Assembly (NCBI GenBank): GCA_000004985.1
Contig: GG738887.1
Origin: Naegleria gruberi
Lineage: Eukaryota
Strand: one strand, 5' to 3'
DNA: 64,000 nucleotides
In this document: positions 45,095 through 55,039 of the stretch, piece by piece
Layout: every line of letters begins with the position of its first letter
Position numbering within the stretch: position 1 is the stretch's first letter
Position numbers and translations under genes: made by a program
Notes under the pieces: model-generated
What the model saw: only the letters and a program-made list of their open reading frames with translations
Database searches by the model: none
Told to the model about the DNA's origin: nothing

Positions 45095-46093
45095 CTAATG
45101 AGTTTCTTCAATTTTAATAACTCTTGGCATTTCAATACCATCCTGTTGCACAGATTGTTGTTGAGTAGGACAATTGCAACTTCCTGGATTTGTTGGATTA
45201 GTCGGATTAGTTGGATTTGTATTCGAATTCATGTACACAACTTGCAAATCAGGAACATAATTCTTCACATAATTAATCCAATAAGTAGTATTTGTATAAA
45301 CACCAAAAGCTCCTTGTCTTCCACATCCTTGAGGTCCATACGAAACGAGGCCAATTAAACCCATCGTATAAGAGTTGCCACTTTGACGAATCCAGTGGAG
45401 AGGGCCACCACTATCTCCTTGACAACTATTGATTCTATTTCCTTCACCTACACATAATTGATATGGAGATTCCATTCCCAATCCTTGTTGATTACAGACA
45501 GATGACTGTTGAAGTGGCATGTAAGCTTTTTGAGCTTTTGAAGGTAAATCATTGGAAGAATCTGAAGTTCTACCCCATCCAGTGAGTGTTACGAGTGTTT
45601 TGAATGGGATTTGACCACCTTCAATGCCAATTCTTTGAACTCTGTTTTGGGAAGCAGTGCCGAGTGGTAAGTCACTTGTCAATTCGAGCATGGCAATGTC
45701 ATTTCTGATGTATTGAGAATTGTAGTTTGGATGGACGATCTTTCTAGCTACTTTGCTAATGACACACTTTGAGGAAGGATTGGAACAATCGATATCTTGA
45801 TTGGCGACACCTGCCAAAACTCTAACCTTTGACACATCCATTCCATCAACTGAAAGACAGTGAGCAGCAGTGAGAATCCATCTTGAAGCAATAACACTAC
45901 CTCCACAGAAGTGTTGATACTTGACTCCATCTCTGGAATATTGTAAAGAAACTAAATGAGGAAATTGATTGTCATAATCAATGTCAGTACCACCTGCCAC
46001 ACTGATTCCTCTCTTGTTTAGTTCGGTTTCCTTGGAAATGACGATACATGCTAGGAGAGCACAGAAAATGATTGAGAAAATTAGTTTGTTCAT
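45095..46093 (-). CDS. Secreted S1-family (chymotrypsin-fold) serine protease, 332 aa
   Basis: ATG at 46093. The signal peptide is MNKLIFSIIFCALLACIVIS. The catalytic triad motifs are TAAHC (His), NDIAMLEL (Asp) and GDSGGPL (Ser), with conserved disulfide Cys. The residue six before the catalytic Ser is Asn (NSCQGDSGGP), not the Asp of trypsin. The C-terminus has (TNP)4 repeats and a tail. Confidence 0.85.
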   Translation of the reverse strand: MNKLIFSIIFCALLACIVISKETELNKRGISVAGGTDIDYDNQFPHLVSLQYSRDGVKYQHFCGGSVIASRWILTAAHCLSVDGMDVSKVRVLAGVANQDIDCSNPSSKCVISKVARKIVHPNYNSQYIRNDIAMLELTSDLPLGTASQNRVQRIGIEGGQIPFKTLVTLTGWGRTSDSSNDLPSKAQKAYMPLQQSSVCNQQGLGMESPYQLCVGEGNRINSCQGDSGGPLHWIRQSGNSYTMGLIGLVSYGPQGCGRQGAFGVYTNTTYWINYVKNYVPDLQVVYMNSNTNPTNPTNPTNPGSCNCPTQQQSVQQDGIEMPRVIKIEETH

Positions 46094-46600
46094 TGAATTG
46101 TTTTTTTTGAGTTTCGAATGTTTTCTCTCTTTAATCGAAAGGTCGCTATTTATAGTAATTTGAAATTATCCAGTAAGAAGGATATTGTAATCCAATAATA
46201 ATATCTGCACAACTTTTAAACTAATTATTAACATCCACATGGATGATCATCTGTTGTGACACAATCTAATTGAACAGTACTTGTAAATGTTTCGTATAGA
46301 GAAAGCCAAGCAAATCTCCCTTAATAAGAAAATGTGCCGTAGTGTATTAAGCGAGTATTCGTACTTTTTTGCACCTGTTAAGGTAGTAGTTAGTGTATTA
46401 GTAATGGATGATATTTAATGATATGTGAATTTCAGAATTGAAAATAAATTCCAATCTCATAATAATCGACTAACAAAAATTACTAATTATTTCTACCATG
46501 TGGATGATGTTGGAATGATCATCTTAAATTCTTGGAGTTTCATCAAGTGAAACCACTCCAAGAATCAGCACTTCCATGACAGTATTCAATTAGAAAAAAA

Positions 46601-47092
46601 ATGAAACAAACACAAACATGTAATTTCCATTTTGAAATTAAAAGTGAGTATATTTTCCTTTTGCTCCGTAGATCAATTCTCATCCATTCTTGCCATCAAT
46701 TCGGAATGTGGCAAGAAATAATAATTTGTTATGGAAGAAACAATATCAAATTTATTTGGAAAAGCTTTGAAGATCATTGGGATTTCATTCTCAAGTTGCA
46801 GTTCTTAAAAATTCAAGACTTGATCGATTGGGAAAACAATGGAAGAAATATTTCGGAAATAATTATTTCTCGTGAGAGGAAGGAGTTTAGTGATATGGTA
46901 AAACAGAGTTTGAAATATTTCGGAAATGAAGAAATTACCAAAGACCTCCAACAATATTTTGATGATGATTCATCGATACCAGAATCTATTCGAATGTATG
47001 TTGGAAAGAGAAGAAGAAATTATTTAGGAAATATGGCAAATACCCTCATGTCAAATTATATTGCCAATCTTGAATTCACTCTTTTGAGCTAG
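46601..47092 (+). CDS. Hypothetical protein, 163 aa
   Basis: ATG at 46601 after an A8 run. No recognised domain. It abuts the next ORF in a different frame. Confidence 0.35.
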   Translation: MKQTQTCNFHFEIKSEYIFLLLRRSILIHSCHQFGMWQEIIICYGRNNIKFIWKSFEDHWDFILKLQFLKIQDLIDWENNGRNISEIIISRERKEFSDMVKQSLKYFGNEEITKDLQQYFDDDSSIPESIRMYVGKRRRNYLGNMANTLMSNYIANLEFTLLS

Positions 47093-47099
47093 TTGTGGA

Positions 47100-47366
47100 A
47101 TGTTTCGAATCAATACTTTGGCATCCTCTGAAAATAGAGATTATCTACTTGAGGATCCTAAAATTCGAATAATTGGCTATACTCTACTGACAAGAAATCA
47201 AGCAAACAATTATTCCAAGCAATTATTCTATTTAAATGAGTACAGAATTTACAACAAGAATTTGGTTTATGGAGTAGATCCAAAATATCTTGACCAGTTT
47301 GGTGATTCGTTCAACTCACTTCTCTCAAATGAGTCATTCCCTAAAGAATGCCACGTTTTGAGATAG
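47100..47366 (+). CDS. Hypothetical ORF, 88 aa; possibly the 3' part of the preceding gene (frameshift or unrecognised intron between 47085 and 47102)
   Basis: ATG at 47100. Stops in the two frames are only 3 nt apart (TGA 47085-47087 and TAG 47090-47092). No GTAAGT donor is nearby. Confidence 0.3.
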   Translation: MFRINTLASSENRDYLLEDPKIRIIGYTLLTRNQANNYSKQLFYLNEYRIYNKNLVYGVDPKYLDQFGDSFNSLLSNESFPKECHVLR

Positions 47367-47515
47367 GCTAATCTCTTAAACTTAAGCTTTTTGGTTAAAA
47401 ATCCCAGCCCATCAAGTCACAAGAAATCAATTTATTTTGTATTTTAAAATCCAAATCCAATAAATAGCAACAGAAATCAAACAATGAATACTCAACAATT
47501 AACAATTATTAAAAA

Positions 47516-48241
47516 ATGAATCAAAGTAAGATTAGTAAGCAACATAAAATGAAATGCAATAAGGGAACATTTCACATTATTAATCTCAATCAGTGGTCAA
47601 TCACTGAAGACAGAGCTATGAAAGATTCCATTATTAAGGTCCACACTAATTCCACAATGTTTGGTAAGCATTATCAGAAGAGGGTTAAGGGCTTGACTGC
47701 TTGGGCACTTCCATATGCACATCTTAAGGATGTGTCATTTCCAAACAAGTTGGATGCACTTGATGTGAAAGATGTTGATTCGTTCCAACAACAGTTGTTG
47801 AAATACACCATTGAGAGGATTGAAAGAAAATTGGTTTTCAGAATTCAAGATGGAATCTCCAAAGTAGTTGATGGAAGACAGCATAATTTTGTTGGTGACA
47901 TGTCGTTTACCCAATTCCAATTGTTTTTGAAGTATTTGGTTTCGAATTGTATGGGTGATTATTCAACTGAAGGTGATTATGTTAAAGATCATGGTGACAT
48001 TACTTCATTTCTCATTCATAGCGTCGAATTCAAAACCATTCCTGGAAGAACAATGCCTCCACTTTCCACTTCTGATTGGAGTTTTCTTAAAGGGATAGAT
48101 AAGCAAACGGGAGAATGTAAGCGAGGATTTGTGAGCCAGTTGAAGTTTGTATATTCCGAATATACAGGTCTAGTTCGAGCTGATATGATATACTGGACTC
48201 AAAGATACTGTGATAAATCAAATTCATGGATTTTTTGCTAA
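47516..48241 (+). CDS. Hypothetical protein, 241 aa
   Basis: ATG at 47516 after an A-rich leader; stop TAA at 48239-48241. Its 3' end overlaps the convergent minus-strand gene by 18 nt. No recognised domain. Confidence 0.45.
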   Translation: MNQSKISKQHKMKCNKGTFHIINLNQWSITEDRAMKDSIIKVHTNSTMFGKHYQKRVKGLTAWALPYAHLKDVSFPNKLDALDVKDVDSFQQQLLKYTIERIERKLVFRIQDGISKVVDGRQHNFVGDMSFTQFQLFLKYLVSNCMGDYSTEGDYVKDHGDITSFLIHSVEFKTIPGRTMPPLSTSDWSFLKGIDKQTGECKRGFVSQLKFVYSEYTGLVRADMIYWTQRYCDKSNSWIFC

Positions 48242-50767
48242 TAAACTTTCAGATTGTTGCAATTCTTCATCAAAGATTGATTTTGATTCTTGAAAATTAT
48301 GTCTAGCCTTCATAACTTGTTTAAGATTAATCCACAACTTTGGATTTTTGAATAAAAACCCCTCAGTAATATGTTGTACAATAAGATCCCATCTCGAATC
48401 AGAGCCCAACCCTCCATTCCTTCCCCTTACTAAATTATCCGTTGCATGATACTTTCCTAATCCTTCATTAATAAAATTCATTGCATTCTTGAGAGAATCA
48501 ATTTGTCGCCAAACATCCATCAAATGATATTTCATTTGATGAAGATAATGAGGACTTTTTTCAAAAACTTCCACATAAAAAGAGCAAAATATTGATACAC
48601 CTCTTTGAATTTGGATTCCCTTTGATGGATTTTTCAATACTTGTTTCACTTGTTCATCATTATAATGCAGAAAGCCTTGAACTTCTTGAAAGTTTCCCCA
48701 GAGTTTGAATATGTTACCATCCTTTGTAAATGGGTTGAGTTCATTGCCAATACCTAGCCTTTCATGAATTAATTGAATTATCTCTCTATCATTAACATTT
48801 TTACCATTAATATCAAAAAGTGGATCCTCTTGTTCATCATTGTCCTCATTTAGAAAATCATTTTCTAAGAACTCATCATCTTGAGATGAACAATGATGTT
48901 GAGAATCTATATTCATATCATTTTCATTACTTGAACAATTTTCATCATCTTGCATGACATTTTCATTATTCGAGAAAGTGGTGTTATTTTCACCACTTTG
49001 CAAATTATTGAAGAAGGAGTTGAATGGTGATTCATTACTTGGTGTATAGGTAACATTATTAGGTGTTTGATTTAGAGAATCAATAGTATTATTCACGAAT
49101 GTTAGAACTCTCTCCCTGTTAATTGTGTTGGCTGATTGTTCAAATAATATCTCATCAAATTTGTCTTTTAAAGCCTCCAGGAAATATGGATAAACTTGTG
49201 TAATAGGTTGCACATATGAGGCATCAATAAAGCTAAAAGTTTTTTTACTCTTAGTGGAATCACCAGTATTGTTATTACCATTCTCTTTTGATGTTGATAG
49301 TTTCAAATAAATTGTTTGTCCACAATGCTTTTTGACTAATTTGGGTAATATTTCAACCAAAAATTCCAAAAGTCTATCATCATTAAGGCAGGTATTGTTT
49401 AACATATGTTCTAGTGTTCTCTCATCACAATGTAACAGATCAAAAATATGTTGATAATATCTCAACTTGAAATGGTTATATAATTCAATATCATAATTAG
49501 GGAAAAATGGTGTCAAACTTATTTTGTCAATAAGTGATACCTTATTAAGCTTCGTAGTACAATTACATCTCCAACATATGGGTAATTGATCGTAAAATGT
49601 TCTGTCATTTCCTAATAAATATGCATATCTGGTGGATATGTTATGTTGTTCACATAATTCTTGTTCTGCAAGAGATAATATATTAGATTCACTTGTAGTA
49701 GTGGTATTGTTAATGGTATCAATTAATTTACTTCTCATCTTTCTAGGAATCATGTTGATGATGTATTTTGTTTTCAATTTAGTATCAAGTGAAGTATCAT
49801 TAATAATGGAATTCATGATAATGAGTGTGCTCACTAAATTAGAACTTTGATTTTTTGATTTAAAGGATGGATCAAGTATTTCCTTCATTGCTAATAAATC
49901 AGAAGAGCAATAATTAGCAGGATTATTGTGCATAATATGTTGAATTTCAGGAATAAATTTTGCCAACACCTCCTTATCTTGATCATCTTGGGATTTAAAT
50001 AATTCCTTTAATTTAATAGGAGAAAGTAGCATCACTAGGATATCCCTTTTCAAGGAACATCCGTTTCTAGATAGTGTGATGATTCCTTTAGAATTTTCCA
50101 CACGTCGATCATCCCACCATAATTTGAAGAAATCTTTGTTGTATAAATCTTGTCCAGGTTCAACACATATTTGAAGAAGTTTTAAAGCAAGACAAGGAGA
50201 AATTGCTGTAATGTTTGTTGAACAAAATGGTGTTATTTTCAAGGAATATTTGATGAATGGAATTATTGTAGCATGATATTGATTGAACTTGTAGGTTGAT
50301 GGTAATTTTTCTGCAATGGATTTTGTATTATTTATTTTGTCTTTGAATCGACCATATCCATTCACTGACAAACTTGATTCCCTCCAAGCTCTAACAACTT
50401 CTGCTGCAACATCATTCTCTTCCGACACTGGTTGTTCTAACCCAACTTCTCCCATACAATACTCCAAAAATGTTTTTCCTATTCGTGATTGAGTTAAATA
50501 AACAAACATGATTTCAAACAAATCCATATTTAAAGTCTTCAAATAATTTCCAGCAAGAACAGTAAGAAACCTTTCGGATTGTAGTGGTGAATAGCTGTTG
50601 TGTTGATGAATACGATCCGTACATGTAAACTTCATATTGCTCTCAACATGTGCTGCTCGCGTCCACAGTTTTGAATGTAACTCTGGGGGAAAGTATTTAA
50701 TTGGAGGGTGTATGACAGGCCTTTCACCTCCCTTGATGGCTTCTACAGTTACAACCTCAAACAACAT
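48224..50767 (-). CDS. Large hypothetical protein, 847 aa, single exon
   Basis: Real ATG at 50767; stop TGA at 48224-48226. The continuous 2.5 kb ORF has an Asn/Asp/Glu-rich low-complexity region in the C-terminal third. No motif could be assigned by eye. Confidence 0.65.
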   Translation of the reverse strand: MLFEVVTVEAIKGGERPVIHPPIKYFPPELHSKLWTRAAHVESNMKFTCTDRIHQHNSYSPLQSERFLTVLAGNYLKTLNMDLFEIMFVYLTQSRIGKTFLEYCMGEVGLEQPVSEENDVAAEVVRAWRESSLSVNGYGRFKDKINNTKSIAEKLPSTYKFNQYHATIIPFIKYSLKITPFCSTNITAISPCLALKLLQICVEPGQDLYNKDFFKLWWDDRRVENSKGIITLSRNGCSLKRDILVMLLSPIKLKELFKSQDDQDKEVLAKFIPEIQHIMHNNPANYCSSDLLAMKEILDPSFKSKNQSSNLVSTLIIMNSIINDTSLDTKLKTKYIINMIPRKMRSKLIDTINNTTTTSESNILSLAEQELCEQHNISTRYAYLLGNDRTFYDQLPICWRCNCTTKLNKVSLIDKISLTPFFPNYDIELYNHFKLRYYQHIFDLLHCDERTLEHMLNNTCLNDDRLLEFLVEILPKLVKKHCGQTIYLKLSTSKENGNNNTGDSTKSKKTFSFIDASYVQPITQVYPYFLEALKDKFDEILFEQSANTINRERVLTFVNNTIDSLNQTPNNVTYTPSNESPFNSFFNNLQSGENNTTFSNNENVMQDDENCSSNENDMNIDSQHHCSSQDDEFLENDFLNEDNDEQEDPLFDINGKNVNDREIIQLIHERLGIGNELNPFTKDGNIFKLWGNFQEVQGFLHYNDEQVKQVLKNPSKGIQIQRGVSIFCSFYVEVFEKSPHYLHQMKYHLMDVWRQIDSLKNAMNFINEGLGKYHATDNLVRGRNGGLGSDSRWDLIVQHITEGFLFKNPKLWINLKQVMKARHNFQESKSIFDEELQQSESLLAKNP

Positions 50768-51256
50768 TAGTCTTAATTCGTATTTTTTTTTAGATGTTGT
50801 ATGATGAATTACTAAATCCCTAATACACCTTCCTTTTTGCTTAAAATTTTTATCTCAAAACGCGGCATTGAGGAAATTGATAGTGAAGGAGCTGGCAGAC
50901 AAGTAATGAGATTCGAAATGTTGTTGGAATGGTTGTTATTTGTTTGAGGTTTTGTGAGGTGTAATCAATTTCCTAATCATTGAAAAATACGAAACTAGAT
51001 GCAAGATTATTAATTACTGGTGATGCAATCTTTGAAGTCAAGTGATGTTTCGCCAATTTTACCTCCTTTATTCTTGAAATCTCCTCTCAAGACATTAAGA
51101 AAGTCATCTCGATGGCCACTTTCGTGTTTATCTCTAAAGTTTCGTACAAATTGAACACACTTTCAAAACACATCATGTCAAGTACAACAACTCAATTTTT
51201 ATAATTAAGACATCTCTTTGAATCTCTTATTGGAGAAACTACAACACCAAAAAAAA

Positions 51257-53735
51257 ATGAAAGTAAAACCAATTACCACATCAGACGAATCAGACGAAAT
51301 ACATTCGAATATCTCAGAGCAACTCTTACAAGCCACCAAAAAAAAAAGACCCTACGAAGGATTACTTCCTCTCAATCTATTCATTGTATCAACAATTTCC
51401 CTACTCATCCTCGCAGGTTGTCTATTCGTTTGGATTGCTTCCTTCTCAGTGACCAGCAATTCCATTCAAAATTTGAATGCCAAATTTATTGATGAATCAG
51501 GTCAGAAAATTAAGAATAGTTTACATGGATATATTGATCCAATTGCAAAACTTACAAAAATGATGGCTAGAGATTGGAATTCACAAGCTGTCAATTTAAC
51601 TCAATTAAGAGAATACTTGTTTCCTAAATTTGTGGAATTTGGTGCCAATGGGTGTGGATATTTCTTTAATGATACGTATTCGTATAGATATACCTATACG
51701 GTGAGTGGTACTGCAAGTAATCCAATAACTGGTAAGTTTGTTCTACTTTCGAATAGTTTCATACTAAACACTTTTGATAGTTTATGCACAACAACCGTAT
51801 GGATATGTTGGAACCATAAGAGATTTAGTCAATAACAATACTGGAGAAGTAACCAAGTACAATTATCAAGTCGATACAAAACCAATTATCATGACCACTC
51901 AAGATTTTTGGATCTATCTCAATAATTCATATGTCAATTATGGATTGGATGGAGTGGTTGGTGAACCGTACAGATCTATCGGTTCTACAATGGCCATTTA
52001 TTATGCAAAATGGATTTACGATCAACAATTGTACAAGGCAACCAAAACTAAACGTATTATTGGACTAGCTAAAGTCAACCTAGCTCTGGATGCAATTGTT
52101 ACCTTTTTATCTCAAATTGAATTATTAGGAAAAGGATATGTTCTAGTGACACTCAATTCTGGAACTGTCATTGGTGGTTCCATAAACACAACTGTCAATG
52201 ATGGGTTGACCAGTGTACATGTATTTGATTTGGAAACAAGAGGAGCAGGAAAACTAATCAAGAGGTTCTATGAGGTGAATGGCAACACTTTCAGTACATT
52301 TAAAAGTACCAATACGAAACTGAGTAGTGAAGGAGCATCATACATTGTCACTCCAATGAAATTCTCATATGAAAATTTGGAGTGGAATATTTTCTTTGTT
52401 TTATACGATTCTGATGTGAATGAACCAATGATTTTGAGTTCTTCCATAAGTATTGGTGTAACGGTGGTGATTGTCATTGTTGGTATTTGTTCTAGTTTGA
52501 TAACTGGTATGATTGTTTCAAAACCAATGAAATTTTTAGAGAAACAATTCGAAAGTATTAGAATTATGGATTTGGAAGCTGTAGTTCTATCAAACAAGTC
52601 AGTGTTCAAGGAAGTTGACTCAATATTTGGAAATTTGTACGACACTGTCATGTGGCTGAAAGAAATTAAGGCCTTTATCCCAGAATATGTCTTTGAACAA
52701 ATCAAACAAAACGAAACTATTAGTATCAAGAGTGAAACTGCACAAAATGCATCAGCAGCAACCAAAAAGAAACCAGAAAAGGAAGCTGATAACTTTTCTC
52801 ATTCATCTTCCTCTCTTGCCAACAAGTCAAATTCTCCAACTGAGAGTTCAGGAAATAATTCCTCAGTTAAGAGCTCATTTAAAACAGCGCAGAATTTATT
52901 TAAAATGGGCTATAGTAAGAGGAATTGTGTAGTTGTCCATGTCAAATTGGAAGGATTGATTGGTGGAGGTCATGAATTCATTTCTACATTTTTCAAAGAT
53001 TTCATTTCAGCAATTGCACCTGTCATTAAGGTCAATCAGGCCACTCTGCAAGTAATGAACTGTGATGAATTCCAGCTATCAATGGCTTCCAACAAGATTG
53101 AGGCTAAAGTTCTGGATAAGGCCATTGATTGTGCATTAAAGATTATTAAGGCCTCTGGAAAGGATGTATGTCCAAGAATTGGAATCTGTTACGGACCTTG
53201 TCATATTGGAAATATTGGAACAAACACATCAAGATACTATTCAGTTGTTGGAAGAGTTCCAGAGACTGCTAAATTATATGCAGAATTGGCTGGAAAGTAC
53301 AATGTTAAAATAATTACTGACACAACTCAATTGCCACTAGATTCGTATATCAATAGACCATTGGATAGAGTAGAAGTGAAATCTGACATTGTAACCATTT
53401 ACCAAATCATTGACAAGAAGAATACTGAAAACGATGAGTGGCTCTATGAATTAGAAAATTCAAAGAAGAATAACAAGTACCAAGATTTTAATGAAATCTT
53501 TCAATTATTCCAACCTTCCTATTGGAATGATTTCAAACAGGATCCTTTCCCTGTCATTGATAAATGCAGAGGAATATTGGAGAAATTCAAGAAGGAAGAA
53601 TTCAATGAGCATAGTGATTTGTCTTGTGATGAATTGTTGGCTCTTTTCAGTAACTTGCCAAACAGTGTTCAGGTGAATGAATTGAGTACTCGACTTACAA
53701 GTTATTCGAAAAAACTCTATGTAGAACTGAAATAA
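51257..53735 (+). CDS. Receptor-type membrane protein with degenerate class III cyclase-homology domain (pseudo-cyclase); 2 exons
   Basis: The first ATG is at 51257 (A9 context; the ORF-track 51218 start is TTG). Exon 1 is 51257-51731. Intron is 51732-51780 (GTAAGT...TTTTGATAG, 49 bp, contains ATACTAAAC, phase 1). Exon 2 is 51781-53735. The topology is a short N-terminus, TM1 (LLPLNLFIVSTISLLILAGCLFVWIASF), an extracytoplasmic domain of about 320 aa, TM2 (ILSSSISIGVTVVIVIVGICSSLITGMIV), a linker, a Ser-rich region, then a cyclase-like domain. There, FADIVGFT is replaced by HVKLEGL (first metal Asp lost) and KTIGDAYM by VMNCDEFQL. RIGICYGPCHIGNIG is kept. VNTASRME is replaced by VPETAKLYAE (Asn and Arg lost). 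Confidence 0.72.
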
Positions 53736-54061
53736 ATAAACATACGGTTCATTGTATGATCAATTCTATCCTGAAAAAATCAAATACAAGAGATTATAAT
53801 TCAATCACAACAAATGTTAAATTTTATTAAAATAAATGCACTACCAAAGGAAATAAGCATCGTAACGCAAGTCCAACTAAAACCTCAGGGTGTGAATGCT
53901 GTAGTCTTATTAGTTGAGTATTCCATTATTTCGTGCTCAATTCTACTCCAAAGGGAATAAATAACTAATAAAACTACAGAAAGCACATCCTCTTAAGAAC
54001 TTCTTCTAGGATAGCAAAACAAATTCTCCTTTCCCTATCTCATTCAAGACAATGTCTGTTC

Positions 54062-55039
54062 TCAACAGACCAAGTCATTGAAACATGCAATTTCTTTCTT
54101 GTGATATTCAACAGATGTTGGTGTAATACTTTCATTCGAGTAACTAGTCAAATTGCCAACATCCTTCAGCTCTACTGTAGATGTTGCATAATTAAAAACA
54201 ATAAGGTTGTGAATGCTCTGCTCTGTCTTATTCTTTTGACAATAAACATTCAATTGTTCTGTGCAATTATCAATTTGAATCCACAATTCTAGTTCTCTAC
54301 CAATATTGAACTCTTCTCTGAGCACGGAAAGTACACACTTCTTTTTCTTTTTGATATCTTTCAAATTAATGTAATGAGACTCCTTATCATCAGAGAGTAT
54401 ACAATTAACACACACCGTTCCAACCAAACTAAACGTAGTATCAAACTTTGTTCCTCTTCCATCTGATGACTTGGTCAAAACATTGAATTTGAAAGTGAAA
54501 GACTTGGTGGTTGTCCCACTCACCTTTAGATACGTATTTCGTCCATTCAATCTCTTGAAACTGTTTCCATCTTGAGCAAGGGTGGTGGATGACCCAATGG
54601 AGGAAGTTCTGTTCGAGTCTACTACTGTCAACGTACCTCTGGAAGAAGGTGAGATAGGATCATCCATAAAGTCATTATTTGTTTCCAAACCAGAACTGGA
54701 ACTGGAAACAAACGCACCATATTGTTCTTCTTCTACTCTCAAAAGCTCTTCAGCACCCTGGGCTGTAAAATCAGCAGTAATATTATCCATCATGCCAGGT
54801 GGTAATTCATTGAGGAAAGTATTACAAATTCCACCTTTAAATATTTCTTGTTGGTAGGCAGAGAATGATGGTGAAATGTCTTCTTCTACTTCTTCCTCGA
54901 CAATGGAGCATCTCGGAAATAGTAGTGGTGGAGAATGAGTTGTTTCATTCTTGTTCGTGCAAAGTAAATTCGCGACACTTTCATCATCATCATGATGGAT
55001 AGTATTATTAGTACTACATTCACTTGTTGAATTATTCAT
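54062..55039 (-). CDS. Hypothetical protein, about 325 aa (Ser/Thr-rich, acidic N-terminal half)
   Basis: The ORF-track start at 55090 is TTG with an in-frame TAG just upstream; the first ATG is at 55039 (MNNSTSE). No domain recognised. Confidence 0.5.
   Translation of the reverse strand: MNNSTSECSTNNTIHHDDDESVANLLCTNKNETTHSPPLLFPRCSIVEEEVEEDISPSFSAYQQEIFKGGICNTFLNELPPGMMDNITADFTAQGAEELLRVEEEQYGAFVSSSSSGLETNNDFMDDPISPSSRGTLTVVDSNRTSSIGSSTTLAQDGNSFKRLNGRNTYLKVSGTTTKSFTFKFNVLTKSSDGRGTKFDTTFSLVGTVCVNCILSDDKESHYINLKDIKKKKKCVLSVLREEFNIGRELELWIQIDNCTEQLNVYCQKNKTEQSIHNLIVFNYATSTVELKDVGNLTSYSNESITPTSVEYHKKEIACFNDLVC

Noticed and set aside
46643-46670. GTGAGT...CCGTAG 28-bp candidate intron inside ORF 46601-47092
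   Set aside because: Removing it would break the frame (28 is not a multiple of 3 and no downstream frame opens), and the ORF is continuous without it.
52268-52765. 165-aa minus-strand ORF
   Set aside because: It is antisense to the receptor pseudo-cyclase CDS.
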